Source of the DNA: Vicugna vicugna
Taxonomy: Eukaryota
Assembly (NCBI GenBank): GCA_013265495.1
Contig: MU061579.1
Span: 5,578,963-5,642,962, forward strand
Direction: 5' to 3'
Length of the DNA stretch: 64,000 bases
The translations under genes and the position numbers were made by a program. This document shows, in pieces, positions 39,639 to 52,700 of the stretch (position 1 is its first letter; each line of letters opens with the position of its first letter). The notes under the pieces were generated by a model. That model was not told the DNA's origin. It did no database searches and saw nothing but the letters and a program-made list of their open reading frames with translations.

Positions 39639-41167
39639 GAACCTCACTGGTTTCATAAAGCGTATGATAAAAATAGTAATGATAATAATGACCAAAAATA
39701 CTCCTGTTATTACCACTTCCATCACTACTAACGCTATTAATATTACTATTACAATTTATTGACCTCCTACTATATGCCAACTACTGAAATGTGCAATTGA
39801 CATAAACTACAAACTCATTTTTGTCAAATCCTACAGTTTAAGAAGTAAGTTGTAAAATAACTAATACACAGGTGAAATGATTGTGATGGAGATTGAAGAA
39901 ACATTTTTCAAAATTAAAAAATATATATTTAAGAATAAGAATTCAGCTTGTTAAAATATGCAATATAATACAGACTTCATCATTTTAACTTATATGGTGC
40001 CATCAGTTTAATTCATATCATTAAGATTCATACTGCTTATCAATGTGGCTGAATCACTGTAGAAGCCAAAAAAAGGCTAACATTAAACAGTAAATGTTCT
40101 TTGCTAACAATATAAAAATTTTATAGTTCATTTATTTTCCTTTAGTATAGACAAATAAACCTGTCATTAATTTAATATTCTATTATAAAATACAGGAAAT
40201 AGTCTAGTTTCCTTATTGGAGATATCAGAGAAGCGTAGTATAATTTTGTAGTATTATTCAGTTTTGTTCATTTTTGACACTGTTTTTATTCAATTTTATC
40301 TGCTGCAGAAATGGAATTGCTTTACATATTGCATAGTATGAAATAAAATTAGAGATGAGGTTTTTATTTTTCCCTCATCTCAAAATATTCATGTTGCTAT
40401 CTTTTAATAAGAAACAATTTAGTAAAATTATTTTCTTTGCTAGGTATCGATTATAGTCAGAAGAGAAAATAGGAACGAAGATAAGATGCAGAAATTCAGT
40501 TTTCTTATTATTTTTCCATCATTTTAATTGCTAAATTCAGTTACCAAGATAAATCTATGTAAGTTTGTAAAATAACAAAACATAGTTTCCTCTCAAGATC
40601 ACAATTGGCTGTTATAAAACTGTTAAAACACAGGACTATATGCATAGCCCTGTATGTGCTTGCTACTAGTTGTTTTGTAAAGGTATTTTGGACACTTAAA
40701 TTAAGACTTGAAAAATTTACTCATTGTTATATATTGGTATTTATTTTAAACACATGGACATATCTGTCTTTATATTCCACATTGCTTTGGTACACAATTT
40801 CTTCCTTCTCTCTACATTCCCAAAGAATGCAGGTGCTACCTTGTTTCATTCTTTTTTGTTGGAGCTTTTAGCACAAAAGCAAACTTGCCACAGAGACAAT
40901 CAAGATGGTGTGAATGAGTCTTAATACTTCATTAATTTCTCAATGTGGCTCCATGTACCAGAATCATTACTCTTACAGGCATGCTAGCATCTTTCATGTC
41001 ATATGTTTATCTAAAACAAATTCAATATATTTTTTAAATTTGTAAGTATTAGAAAATTTGAGTATTTCTTTAAATGATGATATACAGCTTTTAATAAGTA
41101 TAGCAACAATACAATGTATTCAGAGAATAAATAAAGGAATAAATGAATGCTTGAAAGAAATTTCACC

Positions 41168-41655
41168 ATGTGTTTCTTATTGTGACAAATTACCATAAAT
41201 TGAATGGCTTGAAACAATACCAATGAATTGTCTTACATTTATAAAGATAAGAATTCCTAAATGAGTCACATTGAGCTAGAGTCAAGATATTGGCACATCT
41301 ACATTCTTTCTAGAGTCTCTGTAGGAGAATTTGTTTCCTTGTGTTTTCCAGCCTCTAGAGGTCACCTATATTCTTTGGTGCATGGTTTCATTCCTCTGTC
41401 TTCAGTGCTGCCAGTGTCATTCTTTCTCATACTGCCATTTCTCTGGTTCTTTTTTCTCCTTTAATGTAATCACACATGTGATTGCATTAGCCCCACTGGG
41501 ATAATATAGGATAATTTCTTTATTTTGAAGTCAGTCTGTTGGCAACCTTAATTCCATCTGCATCTTTAATTTCCTCCTTTGCCATGTAACTTAATATATT
41601 CACAAGGAATTAAAACAGAAATCTTTGGGAGGGCCATTATTTTGTCTACCATACT
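41168..41655 (-). mobile_element. MLT1D-type (MaLR) solo LTR
   Basis: acaaattaccataaattgaatggcttgaaacaa...ggagaatttgtttccttgtgttttccagcctctagagg...gggccattattttgtctaccata. Confidence 0.85.
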
Positions 41656-41899
41656 ATGATACTATGTAATTAACTTAAAAGGGAGACAGACCAGGTAAGG
41701 AGGAGTTTTGTAGATTATGATAAGAATTTAGACTGTATTTAAATGAAAACAAATCAAAGAATTTAAGTAAGAGGAACATCAGCAATTCAATTTGTCTTTT
41801 TGAAAGATTGCTTCTATGCAGTGTACAGAATTAACAAAAGACATTAAGAGTGAATTTGCTGATGAATTTCATGAAAGATGAGAGAAAAAGAAAAGTTAA

Positions 41900-42070
41900 C
41901 AGAGTATGGATCCTAAGGTATTTAAATCAAATTTTAGACTCTCACTTAACTAGCTGTGTGACCTTGGAAAATTTTGTCTCAGTTTCCTTTTATGTAAATT
42001 GAAGGTAATTGTAGTACCAAACTTTTAGTGTTGGTTCATGAATCCCTTAATAAATGTTAGTTTTACTAAT
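41900..42070 (+). mobile_element. MIR SINE
   Basis: Core cacttaactagctgtgtgaccttggaaa...tctcagtttccttttatgtaaatt. Confidence 0.75.
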
Positions 42071-44423
42071 CATTGTTTTGGAGGTAGAACTCACTGAATG
42101 ACAGAATGTGAATTTAAAACAATATTGATAATGACTTCCAAGTTTCTGAAAATCATGGCTTTATCTTAAATGGCAAAGACTGAAGTTGGAGCATGTATGA
42201 TTAAGAATTTGCTTTTTTATTTGATGAATACACAATGCTTGAGGGAAATCCAACTACAAATACATACATGTAACTTCTATTGCTCAAATGCAGATTTGGA
42301 ATTGAGAGGCGAATCAGCATATCTTGGCTTATGCCAATTCTGTCTTTCTTCATATGGTAGATGCTATAGTTCATAATATGCACCCAATTACTTTTTGTAC
42401 CACTCAGAAGAAAAAAATAAATAAAAATTGCCAGTAGAAATATGACATTCAGTCAATCTAAAAGTGAATTACCTTTTTGATGTTAAAAAATGAAAGAAAT
42501 TTACAGCTCAATATAATAGAGTTGACTACTATTGACAACTTGTGAGGAGATTAAATCATCTAAGTAAGCAGTACAGAGTGAAAAATGAAGGTCTTGGGGA
42601 AATATGACATGTAAGAGTAGAGGCTGAGGAATGAGAGATAAAGAAATAGAAATGATGGTATAGTCAATTCCTCTTTGAAGCTTAGCTGTCAGTGGGAGGG
42701 AGCTGGAAGACAACATGGTGTCTGATGGATCTTCTTTTTCTTTCTTTTTCTTTAAAATGTGGGCATAAGAAGCCCATGTTTGAATATTGAAGATTGACTG
42801 AAAGGACTAGGAGGGCTTTTTCACAAAGGGTTTACCATCAGGACACAGGGGTCATGAAAACCATTGTGAAATCTAAGGCAAAATGGGAAAGGAAAAGAAT
42901 CATATCAACACTGTCATCGTTGGACATGTAGACTCAGGCAGGTCTAAACCACTACTGGCCATCTGCTCTGCAAATGTGGTGGGAGAAACAAAAGAACCAT
43001 CAAAAATTTTGAGAAGGAGGCTGCTGAGATGGGAAAGAGCTCCTTCAAATATGCCTGGGTCTTGGATAAATTGAAAGCTGAAGGTGAGCTTGGTATCACC
43101 ATTGATATCCCCTTGTGGAAATTCTAGTAAGTATTATGTGACAGTCACTGGTGACTCAGGACACAGAGACTTTATCAAGAACGTAATTACAGGCACATCT
43201 CAGACTGACTGTGCACTCTCCTGATTGTTGCTAATGGTGTTGGCGAATTTGAAGTAGGTATCTCTAAGAATGGGCAGAGCTGTGAGCATGCCCCTCTTGC
43301 TTACACACTGGTTGTGAAACAACTAATTACTGATGTTAACAAGATGGATCCATTGAGCCACCCTGTAGCCAGAAGAAATACAAGGAAATCTTTAAGGAAG
43401 TCAACATCTACATTAAGAAAATTGGCTACAACCCCAGCACAGTAGTATTTGTGCTAATTTCTAGTTATAATGATGGCAACACATGGGAACCAAGTGCTTG
43501 GAACCAAGTTCTCCTTAATTTAAGGGATAAAAAGTCACCCATAAGGATGGCAATGTCTGTGGAACCATACTGCTTGAAGCTCTGGATTGCATTCTTCCAC
43601 CAACTTGTCTGATTGTCAAGCCCTTATGTCTGCCCTTCTAAGCCATCTATAACATTAGGGGTATTGGCACTGCCCATGTGGAATGAGCAGAGACTGGTGT
43701 TCTCAAACCCAGCAAGTTGGTCATCTTTGCTCCAATCAGTGTTACAATTGAAGTAAAGTCTATTGAACTATACCGTGAATCTTTGAGTGACACTCTTCCT
43801 GGGGAGAACATGGGCTTCAATGTCAAGAAAGTGTCTGTCAAAGATGTCCATTGTGGCAGTGTGTCTTGTGACAGCAAAAATGACCCACCAGTGGATGCAG
43901 CTGGTTTCATGGCTCAGGTGACTATCTTGAAAAATCCAGGCCAAATCAGTGCTCGATATTCATCTGTTGGATTGTCATATGTACCTTAAATTGCTTGCAA
44001 GTTTGCTGAGCTAAAGGAAAAACTTAATTGTTGTTCTGAGAAAAAGCTGAAAGATGGCCCCAGATTCTTGAAATCTGGTGATTCTGCCACCATTGATATG
44101 ATTCTTGACAAGCTCATGTGTGTTGAGTTTCTTTGACTGTCCTCAATGCCACTTTCCTGTTTGTGACATGAGACACGGTTGTTGTGGGTGTCATCAAAGC
44201 AGGAGACAAGAAGGCAGCTAGACTTGGTAAAGTCACCAAGTCTGCCCAGAAATCTCAGAAAGCTAGACAAATATCATCCTCAATACCTATCACCTGTCTT
44301 AATCAGTGGCAGAACAGTCTCAGAACTGTTTGTCTCAGTTGGCCTCTTAAATTTAATAGTAAGACTGATTAATGATAAAAATGAATAGTAAAATCTTCAG
44401 AAGGAAAGAACCATTTGGACCAT

Positions 44424-44447
44424 TTGTGTGTGTGTGTGTGTGTGTGT
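44424..44447. repeat. (TG)n microsatellite inside the pseudogene 3' UTR
   Basis: Direct reading. Confidence 0.92.
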
Positions 44448-44538
44448 AATTTATTAGTTTCTTAAATTTTACATTTTAGTAGAAACAACTTGACCAAAAA
44501 TCTGTCACAGAATTTTGAGACCCATTAAAACAAATTTT

Positions 44539-45745
44539 GTTCTGGTTGTTGTTGTGTGTTCTTTTTATTTAAGTATAGTCAGTTGCAGTGTGTCAATTTC
44601 TGGTGTACAGCATAATGTTTCAGTCATACATATACATATATTCATTTTCACATTATTTTTCAGTATAGATTACTATAAGATATTGAATATAATTCCTTGT
44701 GCTATACAGAAGAAATTTGTTTTTTTAATCCATTTTATATATAGTAGTTAATATTAGCAGTTTTAAGACTCCCAGTTTATCCCTTCCCACCCTGTTTTCC
44801 CCCAGTAACCATAGGTTTGTTTACTATGTCTGAGTCTGTTTCTGTTTTGTAGGTAAGTTTGTTGGTGTCTTCTTTTTTCTTTTTTTTTTCGTTTAAGATT
44901 CCACATATGATTGATATCGTATGGTATCTTTTCTTTCTCTTTCTGGCTTACTTAGAATGACAATCGCCAGTTCCATCCACATTGCTACAAATGACAGTAT
45001 TTCATTCTTTTTTATGGCTGAGTTGTATTCCTTTATATAAATGTACCACAGTTTCTTTAATCCAGTTCTCTGTTGATGGGCATTTAAGCTGTTTTCATGT
45101 CTTGGCTACTGTATATAGTGCTTCTGTGAACATTGGGGTGCATGTATCTTTTCAAATTAGAGTTCCCTCCAGATATACACCAGGAGTGGGATTGCTGAAA
45201 TCATATGATAAGTCTATAGTTTTTTGAGGAATTTCCATATTATTTTCCATAATGGCTGCACCAAACTGCATTCCCACCAACAATGTAGGAGGATTCCTTT
45301 TTCTTCACACCCTCTCCAGCAATTATCATTTGTGGACTTTTTAATTATGCCCATTCTGACTGCTGTTAGGTGATACCTCATTGTGGTTCTGATATGCATT
45401 TCTCTGATAATTAGCGATACTGAGCATTTTTTCACGTGCCTATTGGCCACTTATATGTCTTCACTGGAGAATTGCTTGTTTAGGTCTTCCACCTATTTTT
45501 GGATTTTTTTTTAATTACGTTTTATGAGCTGTTAATATATTCTGGAAATTAAATCTTTGTCAGTCACATCATTTGCAAATATTTTCTCTCATTCCTTAGA
45601 TTGTTGTTTTGTTTCACTTATGGTTTACTTTGCTGTGCAAAGCTTATAAGTTTAATTAGATCCCATTTGTTAATTTTTGCTTTTACTTCTATTGCCTGAG
45701 TAGACTGCCCTAGGAGAACATTGCTAATATTTATGTCCAAAAATG
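44539..45745 (-). mobile_element. 5'-truncated L1 (~1.2 kb) with perfect 16-bp TSD
   Basis: Minus ORF 45214-45450 ([33 protein letters not shown]...HCWWEC) is the ORF2 cysteine-rich domain. TSD cattaaaacaaatttt at 44523-44538 and 45746-45761. Confidence 0.96.
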
Positions 45746-46332
45746 CATTAAAACAAATTTTAATGAAGAACCTGTGTCTTCTTTTGGTTAACATTGTGAC
45801 TTCCTGTGGTCCTACTTAGGTAAAAGACTTCACTGATAGGTTTCTCCAAACCTATTTCTGGTGTTCCATCTTCTATAACTTCAGAATTTGCTAATTTTGG
45901 GTTATGAATTTTTTCTGCATGGGAATTTTGATTTTTTCACCTTGTCTTTAGAAGGAATCACCTATTTAAGTACCTAGTGAAAAGCTATGGGAGGGGTCTG
46001 CTGACACAACACTTCATAGGGTTAGGACAGATAAGCAAAGAGTAACTTTGTTTATATGTAAGCTAACTTATAAGAAGGCCAAGTTCTGAATTATTAAAGT
46101 CCATGTGATGCATTTAAGCTTATGTATAATTACATCAAATTGAGTAGACTTGTTGGTATAATGTCAAATTTTAGTCTCCCAGTTATTGGAATGTGCATTC
46201 TCACATTTACAAGTATTGGTGTAGTTTAAAGAACGAAAATGTGAGGCTTCAATAGTGTTGCGTGCTGCCGTGCTAGAGTTAATTGTATCCAGATTCCAGA
46301 AAAGAAAAGGTACTGGAATTGGGGGGGGGGGT

Positions 46333-46700
46333 GACTAGGAGAGAGGAAAAAGTGAAATATATAAAAGAACAAGGAATAATAAAAAATATCCTGTAGAAAG
46401 CAAGTTATATGGTAAGAAGAGGATGGGTTCCAGGACACACATGGAGTAGATTTCTCCTGACTGGTAGAGAGGCAGTTCTGCCACTGTAACAGGGGGGAAG
46501 GAGGAGGAGCTGCAGAGATGCTGGCGAGAGCTGCAGCAGCAGGGTGGGGGAGTTCCACTGGGTGGCTTGAAATCAGTCAGTGAAAGATGAGGCAAGGTCA
46601 TCCACTGAGAGTAGTGGGGCAGAGATGAGGTTGAGGGTTTCCATGAGAGGGTGTGTAAGAAAATCCTTGTAGCAAAGAGTGACTGAATGAATTCAGTAAG
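46333..46700 (-). mobile_element. Probable L2 fragment, continuing the ~42520-42813 fragment split by the retrocopy
   Basis: Purine-rich degraded LINE-like sequence on both sides of the EEF1A1 retrocopy; gactaggag occurs at both junctions. Confidence 0.45.
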
Positions 46701-49700
46701 AGAAAGGTACTCATATGGACAAGTATACCTGGAAATTTCATTAAATATAGTGATGGGTTACTATTAGGTTAGTAAAAAGATTACTATAGGGTTATTATAA
46801 AGATTAACTGTTTGGCCTGGCATATGGTAAATGCTGCTATTATTAATATTATTGTATAATATGTTCCAGATTATAAAACATTGCTCAGTGGCATTAAGCT
46901 ACTTTAATGCAAAAGAATAGTTGAGTTTATTTTGGGAAAAATAGCGGTGGTTTTAGGGAATTTGCCTAAGAAGGAAGATGAGTCTGGATAACAGAATTCA
47001 AGCCAGGCAAAGAGAAAAACAAAAGCAAGAGTGTACGTATCACTCTGTCCATGATGATGGCCTTGAACATACTTAGGTAGTGACAGGCATCTGGCTGGAA
47101 AGGAAAACTATAAGTCATGTGCTAAAGTCATAATAAACCATGTAGTTTCCACAGGAAGTCAGTAGCTGGCAATACTGAAGCTGAATGTATAGTTTAATTA
47201 CAGGAGCTTCAAAAGAGTGGAGTGTTTAATAAGCTGGAGGAGTAATAGTCATTAGGCAGAAGCATAAGTACTGTGACATAATAGCTCATTTGGATTGCAG
47301 GACCCATGAGAAGGAGGGAAAGGGGTTAGAAGGAGCACTTCATGTCTAACTATGGATAGTGTCATGTCATGTTTATCCCTTTAAGCAACAAACACGTTTA
47401 AGCAATATGCTGATTAATGAACTAGTTGTAGGAATGATATGAAGGGTAGAAATGGCAAGTCATCTGTCATGCTAATGGGCAAAGCAGGATAGAAAAATGG
47501 CCATATCAGGCATGAAGGAGATGCTCCATATTTTATGAGGCTACATAAAGGAAGATCTTGAGTCTCTCTGAGACTTAAGGGCACAGTAGATGTCAGCCAA
47601 GCATAGACTTGAGGAATAATGTCTTAGGCAGAGGGAGATGGCCATGAACAGAACAGAATGCAACTTGTTGATAAAATCAAAAGACATGTTGAGCAAAGTG
47701 TTGTGAAAGAGAGGAATGAGTATTGGAAGATGAGGCTGGTGATGTGGGCAGGGGTGAAATGACATAAAGTACTACAGGTTTGGTAAGAAGTTTGCTTTGA
47801 AACTAAAACCAATAAGAAGTGTATTATATAACACATGGAAGATATATAAACAACAACAAAAAAAAAGTCACACTTGCTGTGTTATGGAGAGTACCCTGGG
47901 TGCCGATGATGCAAACACACTATGGAAATACAGTGAGAGAAGGGGAGAGAGCAAGAGAAGAGAATGAAGTGGCTCGTGTGTGTGCGTCTGTGTGCATATG
48001 TGTGTGGTGTGTAAATATGTATGAGCTCACACATGGGAAATCTCTCTGTCTCTTTCCGTCTCTGTCTCTGTCTCTCTCATACATACAATATAAGCAGCAA
48101 GATGGTGATGAATGAGAAAGGGAAGTCTAGGTTTTAATGGATAAATTAGATATTGCAGGTATTACCTGTAACTGTAAGTGCAAAAATATTATATTTATCC
48201 ATAATAAGTAAAATAAAATTCAAATTAATCAATGAAAGAATGTTTAAGTCTTTTTGAAAATATAAAGGGCAGCTCTACACACTTTGATATTAAAATCTAA
48301 GAAAAATTCCACCACAAGTAGGTGAAAAAATTGGCCATTCATACGAAAGAGCTGAAAATGAAGCAGCTGTTAAGTTAAACTTTATAGAGACGCTGGTCAG
48401 TTGCCATTGAAAAAATAAACAATATAACTTAGTCAAGAGGGGCCTTTAAAGAACACAGCTTTGTTAAAACATGATTGCTCTTCCGAACCTCTCTTTATTG
48501 GAAGGTTTTAATACATTTCTCTATACCTTTTAGTTTACTGAAATATTTATTGACTAAAATGCCCATAGAGATAACTTTCTTCTTCTCACTTCAGCCCTGC
48601 CTCCATCATGAGGTACTTCACTTCCAAAATGCATTATGACACTTGTGTCCCAGACTCTCAGCCATATGTCTCACGGTTGACAGACCCTGCTCTCCATCTT
48701 TATTGTGACAATCGCTCTTTAAATCTCCTCAGGTGTACCTGTTACCCAACTTTTCAGTTTGATCTCACCCTGCATGCCAGATTTTATTCTGAACTTTTTC
48801 ATCCAAATATATAAACATGGTTTTCACTGGATTGGTAGACAAATATGATTAAAACTATTTTTAGAGTACCCAAACCACATCTTTCATTGTTTATGTTTTC
48901 CATTCAGATTATGAACTGATGCCAAGAATCAAAGATTTAGTTGATACGAATATTTTCATAAAATGTCAACAATGTAAGATTCCAGCCTTCACCTACCTCA
49001 GTGTTTTTCTGTAAACCGGTCAGTCAGAATTCAAATAAAAGTAATTGATTTTCAAAGTTTGAGATTATATTAATCATACTTTTTTTGGTCACATTTCTTG
49101 CAAACATTCCCAAATATTTCAAGCAGTGAGACAGTATCTTCATGAACTGAGTGTAAGAATCAATAGACCCCATCTTTTAAACTACACCACTTTTATGATT
49201 ACTGACAGTCAGGGGGAAAAGAGTGTCAGATTACACTCCTATCAATAACGCCAGTTTCAAACATTATATAAGCAAAAAAAAAAAAAAAGTTGATGAAAAA
49301 TCTTCTGTGTTCCCAAGAGGGAGTTTTAAAAGTTTAGAAATAATCTTTGTGATGCATGTTGATGAGTCTGATCATTTTGACATTACAGTAGAGGTTCTTG
49401 AAAATAAATGTACAAGATGTATCTATGCTTGAAAGACCCAATCCATTTATAGACTGGAACAGTCCATTTACATTTTGTTTAAAAGGTATGAAGGGGCAAT
49501 TGAAACAAGTTACAATTGACAAGAGAATGGATTTATGGAGTAGTTCAGGTAGCAGGAGAAACAGGGTTTTGTCTCATTTGACCTAGTATGAACCAATACT
49601 TTCCTTTCAGAAACACTCTGATTTGAATTCTCATTAAGCTATGTAAGACATCAGACTTTCAACATAGTATGTATTCTAGAAATAAAGGCTATTAAGTTTT

Positions 49701-52700
49701 CAGCAGCCCTGGAAAGCCTATAATTTATATCTTAGATGATGAGTCTTCAGGTGGCTTTAAAACTGATTACATTTACATTTTTGATTTAATCATTTCTGTT
49801 AGCATTACAAAATGATAGCACATTGTTACACACAAGCAAAGCTAATCTTTCTGACTTATGGAAAATAAAAATACTACTAGAAAGTTTCCCTGGTTTATGT
49901 TCCCTTCTGTGCTACTGCAAAAACCTGATAGTTTATACTAATTATTTTGAAACTAGCATAATTTTTTTTTCACTCTCAAATTCAGTGCAATGACCGTGAG
50001 CTTCAGAGTTCAGCCCCACTCTCATTATGAAATTTTACTTTGAGCTAGCATTCAAAACTAGACGGAATTGAAGGTTGTGAAAGTAATTTATCATTTTGTG
50101 AGTATGGTAACTCAAACTAATGGGCTCTGACTATGAGATGCTGATTGTGTAGAACCAAAATAACAGATGTGTACTAAATTCCTATTAAAAGTATAGCTGG
50201 TCTACATATTTTATGTATTTCCTAGAAAAGAAAATTCTACATGTAAACTTTCATTGTCTTTTGCTGCTTGAGATGAGAGTATAGTATGATTTTCAAGTTG
50301 AGACTACATAACTAAGACAGCACAGACGAGCTATCGTGATTTTAAAATATGTTCATAGTCATGATAAATATTTCAGCCATAGTTAGAAAATTTGCACTGT
50401 TGTGTTAATAAAATAATCTGGGTGAGTCAATACGGTAACCTGAGTTTTCACTTAACCAATGACTATTTTAATATTAAAAAATGTTTGATCCATCTTCACC
50501 TTTTCTGAGGTGAGAAGAAACGCAACCTACTTTTTAATGTGGTATCACCAACACAGTTGATCATTGCTCTCCTAGAATCATTTCATTATGTTGGCCCACA
50601 TGTGGTCAATGCATAAGAGGTGAAAAGTGTTCATATTTTATATGAACTAGGTTAACAATTTTTGTTTAAAATACTCCTAAGGCTTCCTATCATAATTTGA
50701 AAAAAATATTTGATATAATGTTACCATCTCCTTTAAAGCAGAGGAGCCGCCCCCCAAGCAGAAAATGTAAATTTTATAGCTTATAACCACACAGCTAATA
50801 AACAGTGTACTGTAGTTTCTATCATCTTATTAGCTACATTTATCACATTTCATGCACATAACTCTGCCTGTCCAGGTCAACTGGAGATTAAAATTTACCA
50901 GATTATGAGCATATACACTCTCTTATAATGAGTGATGGATTAACCGATCACTAAGTACAAATGTATCCATTTCAAACTGAATATATTCAGTTGAGGAGAT
51001 ACAGACTAGATAGGAGGTCAGAGTTAATGCCTCTGTTTCTCTTCCTTTAAGAACACATTTGGACTGGGAGTAAGGTGCTTCCCAACATAAATGAACTGTG
51101 TAATGAATTTCACCTGGACAGTTTTTTTTTTAAATAAACATTGTATTTCATGTTTATAAACATTTTAATATTTATTTATAAGTGAAAACAACTCAGGAAA
51201 AATGTTAGTCTCAGCAGAATGTATTTTTTTTTTAAAGTAACCTGCATTTTTCGTGGTTGTCATGCTCATCTTGCTAATTTGTAAGTATAATAGAAGTAGT
51301 AACCCCATTTTGAAAAAAAAAAAAGCAATAACTATAATTTTATACTCTGTTCAGCATAAATATAGTAAACTGAGTGCCATATGGCTCGTCATTATAAAAG
51401 TTAGTATTTCCACTTGCTTTGTAAATCTCTTCAATTTTATGGAGCATAGAAAGAAAACTAATTGCTAAGTGAGGTCATAGCATTCTCTCTCTGAAGCACT
51501 AAACATTCATAAGCTCACTATAAATTTTTTCAGGAGAAAAGTAAATTATATTTGGAAATGAAAACTATTATGATGTAATTATTATGTATTTCCCCAGCCT
51601 TTTATGAGATGTATGTTTACTGGGCAACTATCGAGCACCTTTTTAGCCAAATAAAATGAATTTATGAAAAATACAATAATGAGCTTTTTTAGTAGTCCAA
51701 TGTAAATTAGTTTTCACATGAACAAGGACTTTCACAGAAACAGAATTAAACACTTTAAAAAACTGATATAACATGACTTAGTTATGCAAGCGTTATATTT
51801 TATCTTTTTATTAAATCAGCAATTAGTTTTAATCTTACAAATTATATTTCTTTTGCAAGATTATTTTTATTTGCTAATTTTATCAGTGTGCACAGATGCA
51901 CTGTATAATGAAGAAAATAACATCACAGACAGTTTTGACTTACGACAGTAGAAACTGCTTCCATTGCTTGCAAACTGTTATTAACGTGATTCTGGTTCTA
52001 GGTATAGTCATAATATTAAATCAAAATATTTGAGGAAATGATTTCATGGTCTTTGTATTATTATTTTAAAGATAAATATGTACTTAGGTAGTACATCATT
52101 AACATACATCATGAACATAAATGAAAATAAAAACCACATACACACTAATATTAGGTTAATACTAGATTTTAGATTAACTAGTAGCATATATGGAAAATTA
52201 ATTTTTTCTCTATACTATTTTAAAATATGACACTCAGATACAGTAATTCTCTTTGTTTTTTTAGTTTACATAAAGGTTATTATGTTTTGCTTTTAATCAT
52301 ATTGTTGGTATAAAATATAAATATATACACAAAGATCTAAACAGTATAAAAATTACATAGAAGTAAAATTATGCATCTTAAATACAAATGTTGTGATAAC
52401 TTAGTCCTCAGTGTATAGTCATCAACAAGATAATTGCTAAAGAACTTTCACTCATTCTGTAAATTGATTTCTATTTCTAATTACAAAATACTGAATGTTT
52501 TCTGTACTAGTGTTTTCTGTGTTTTCTAGTGTTTTCTGTACTCTACTGTAAATACTACAATTAGCATTGGGATGATTTTTTTATATCATATTCCATTATT
52601 TCTGAAGCTGTACTATGTAAATTATTATAAACAAGGAAAATCCACGTGATTGTTAGAGGGTGTAGACAAGGATGTTCTGATGCTGGTGCATTTGGTGATA

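Larger units (their letters stand above)
42816..46332 (+). pseudogene. EEF1A1: Processed (intronless) pseudogene of translation elongation factor EEF1A1, interrupted by an L1
   Basis: 5'-TOP start ctttttcacaaagggttt at 42816, with the exon1/exon2 junction already joined. ATG at 42883 gives MGKEKNHINTVIVGHVDSG (P-loop). Later fragments EVKSIE...[18 protein letters not shown] and GVIKAGDKKAA.GKVTKSAQK. CDS remnant ends ~44270. Frameshift at ~42946 and in-frame stops at 43528 and 43684. 3' UTR runs to attaaa at 44524. The right boundary past ~45780 is less certain. Confidence 0.97.

Noticed and set aside
42883..44372. Functional EEF1A1 gene or retrogene
   Set aside because: There is a frameshift after about 21 codons, further indels (including a small duplication at ~43485-43512), in-frame stops and no canonical stop codon.
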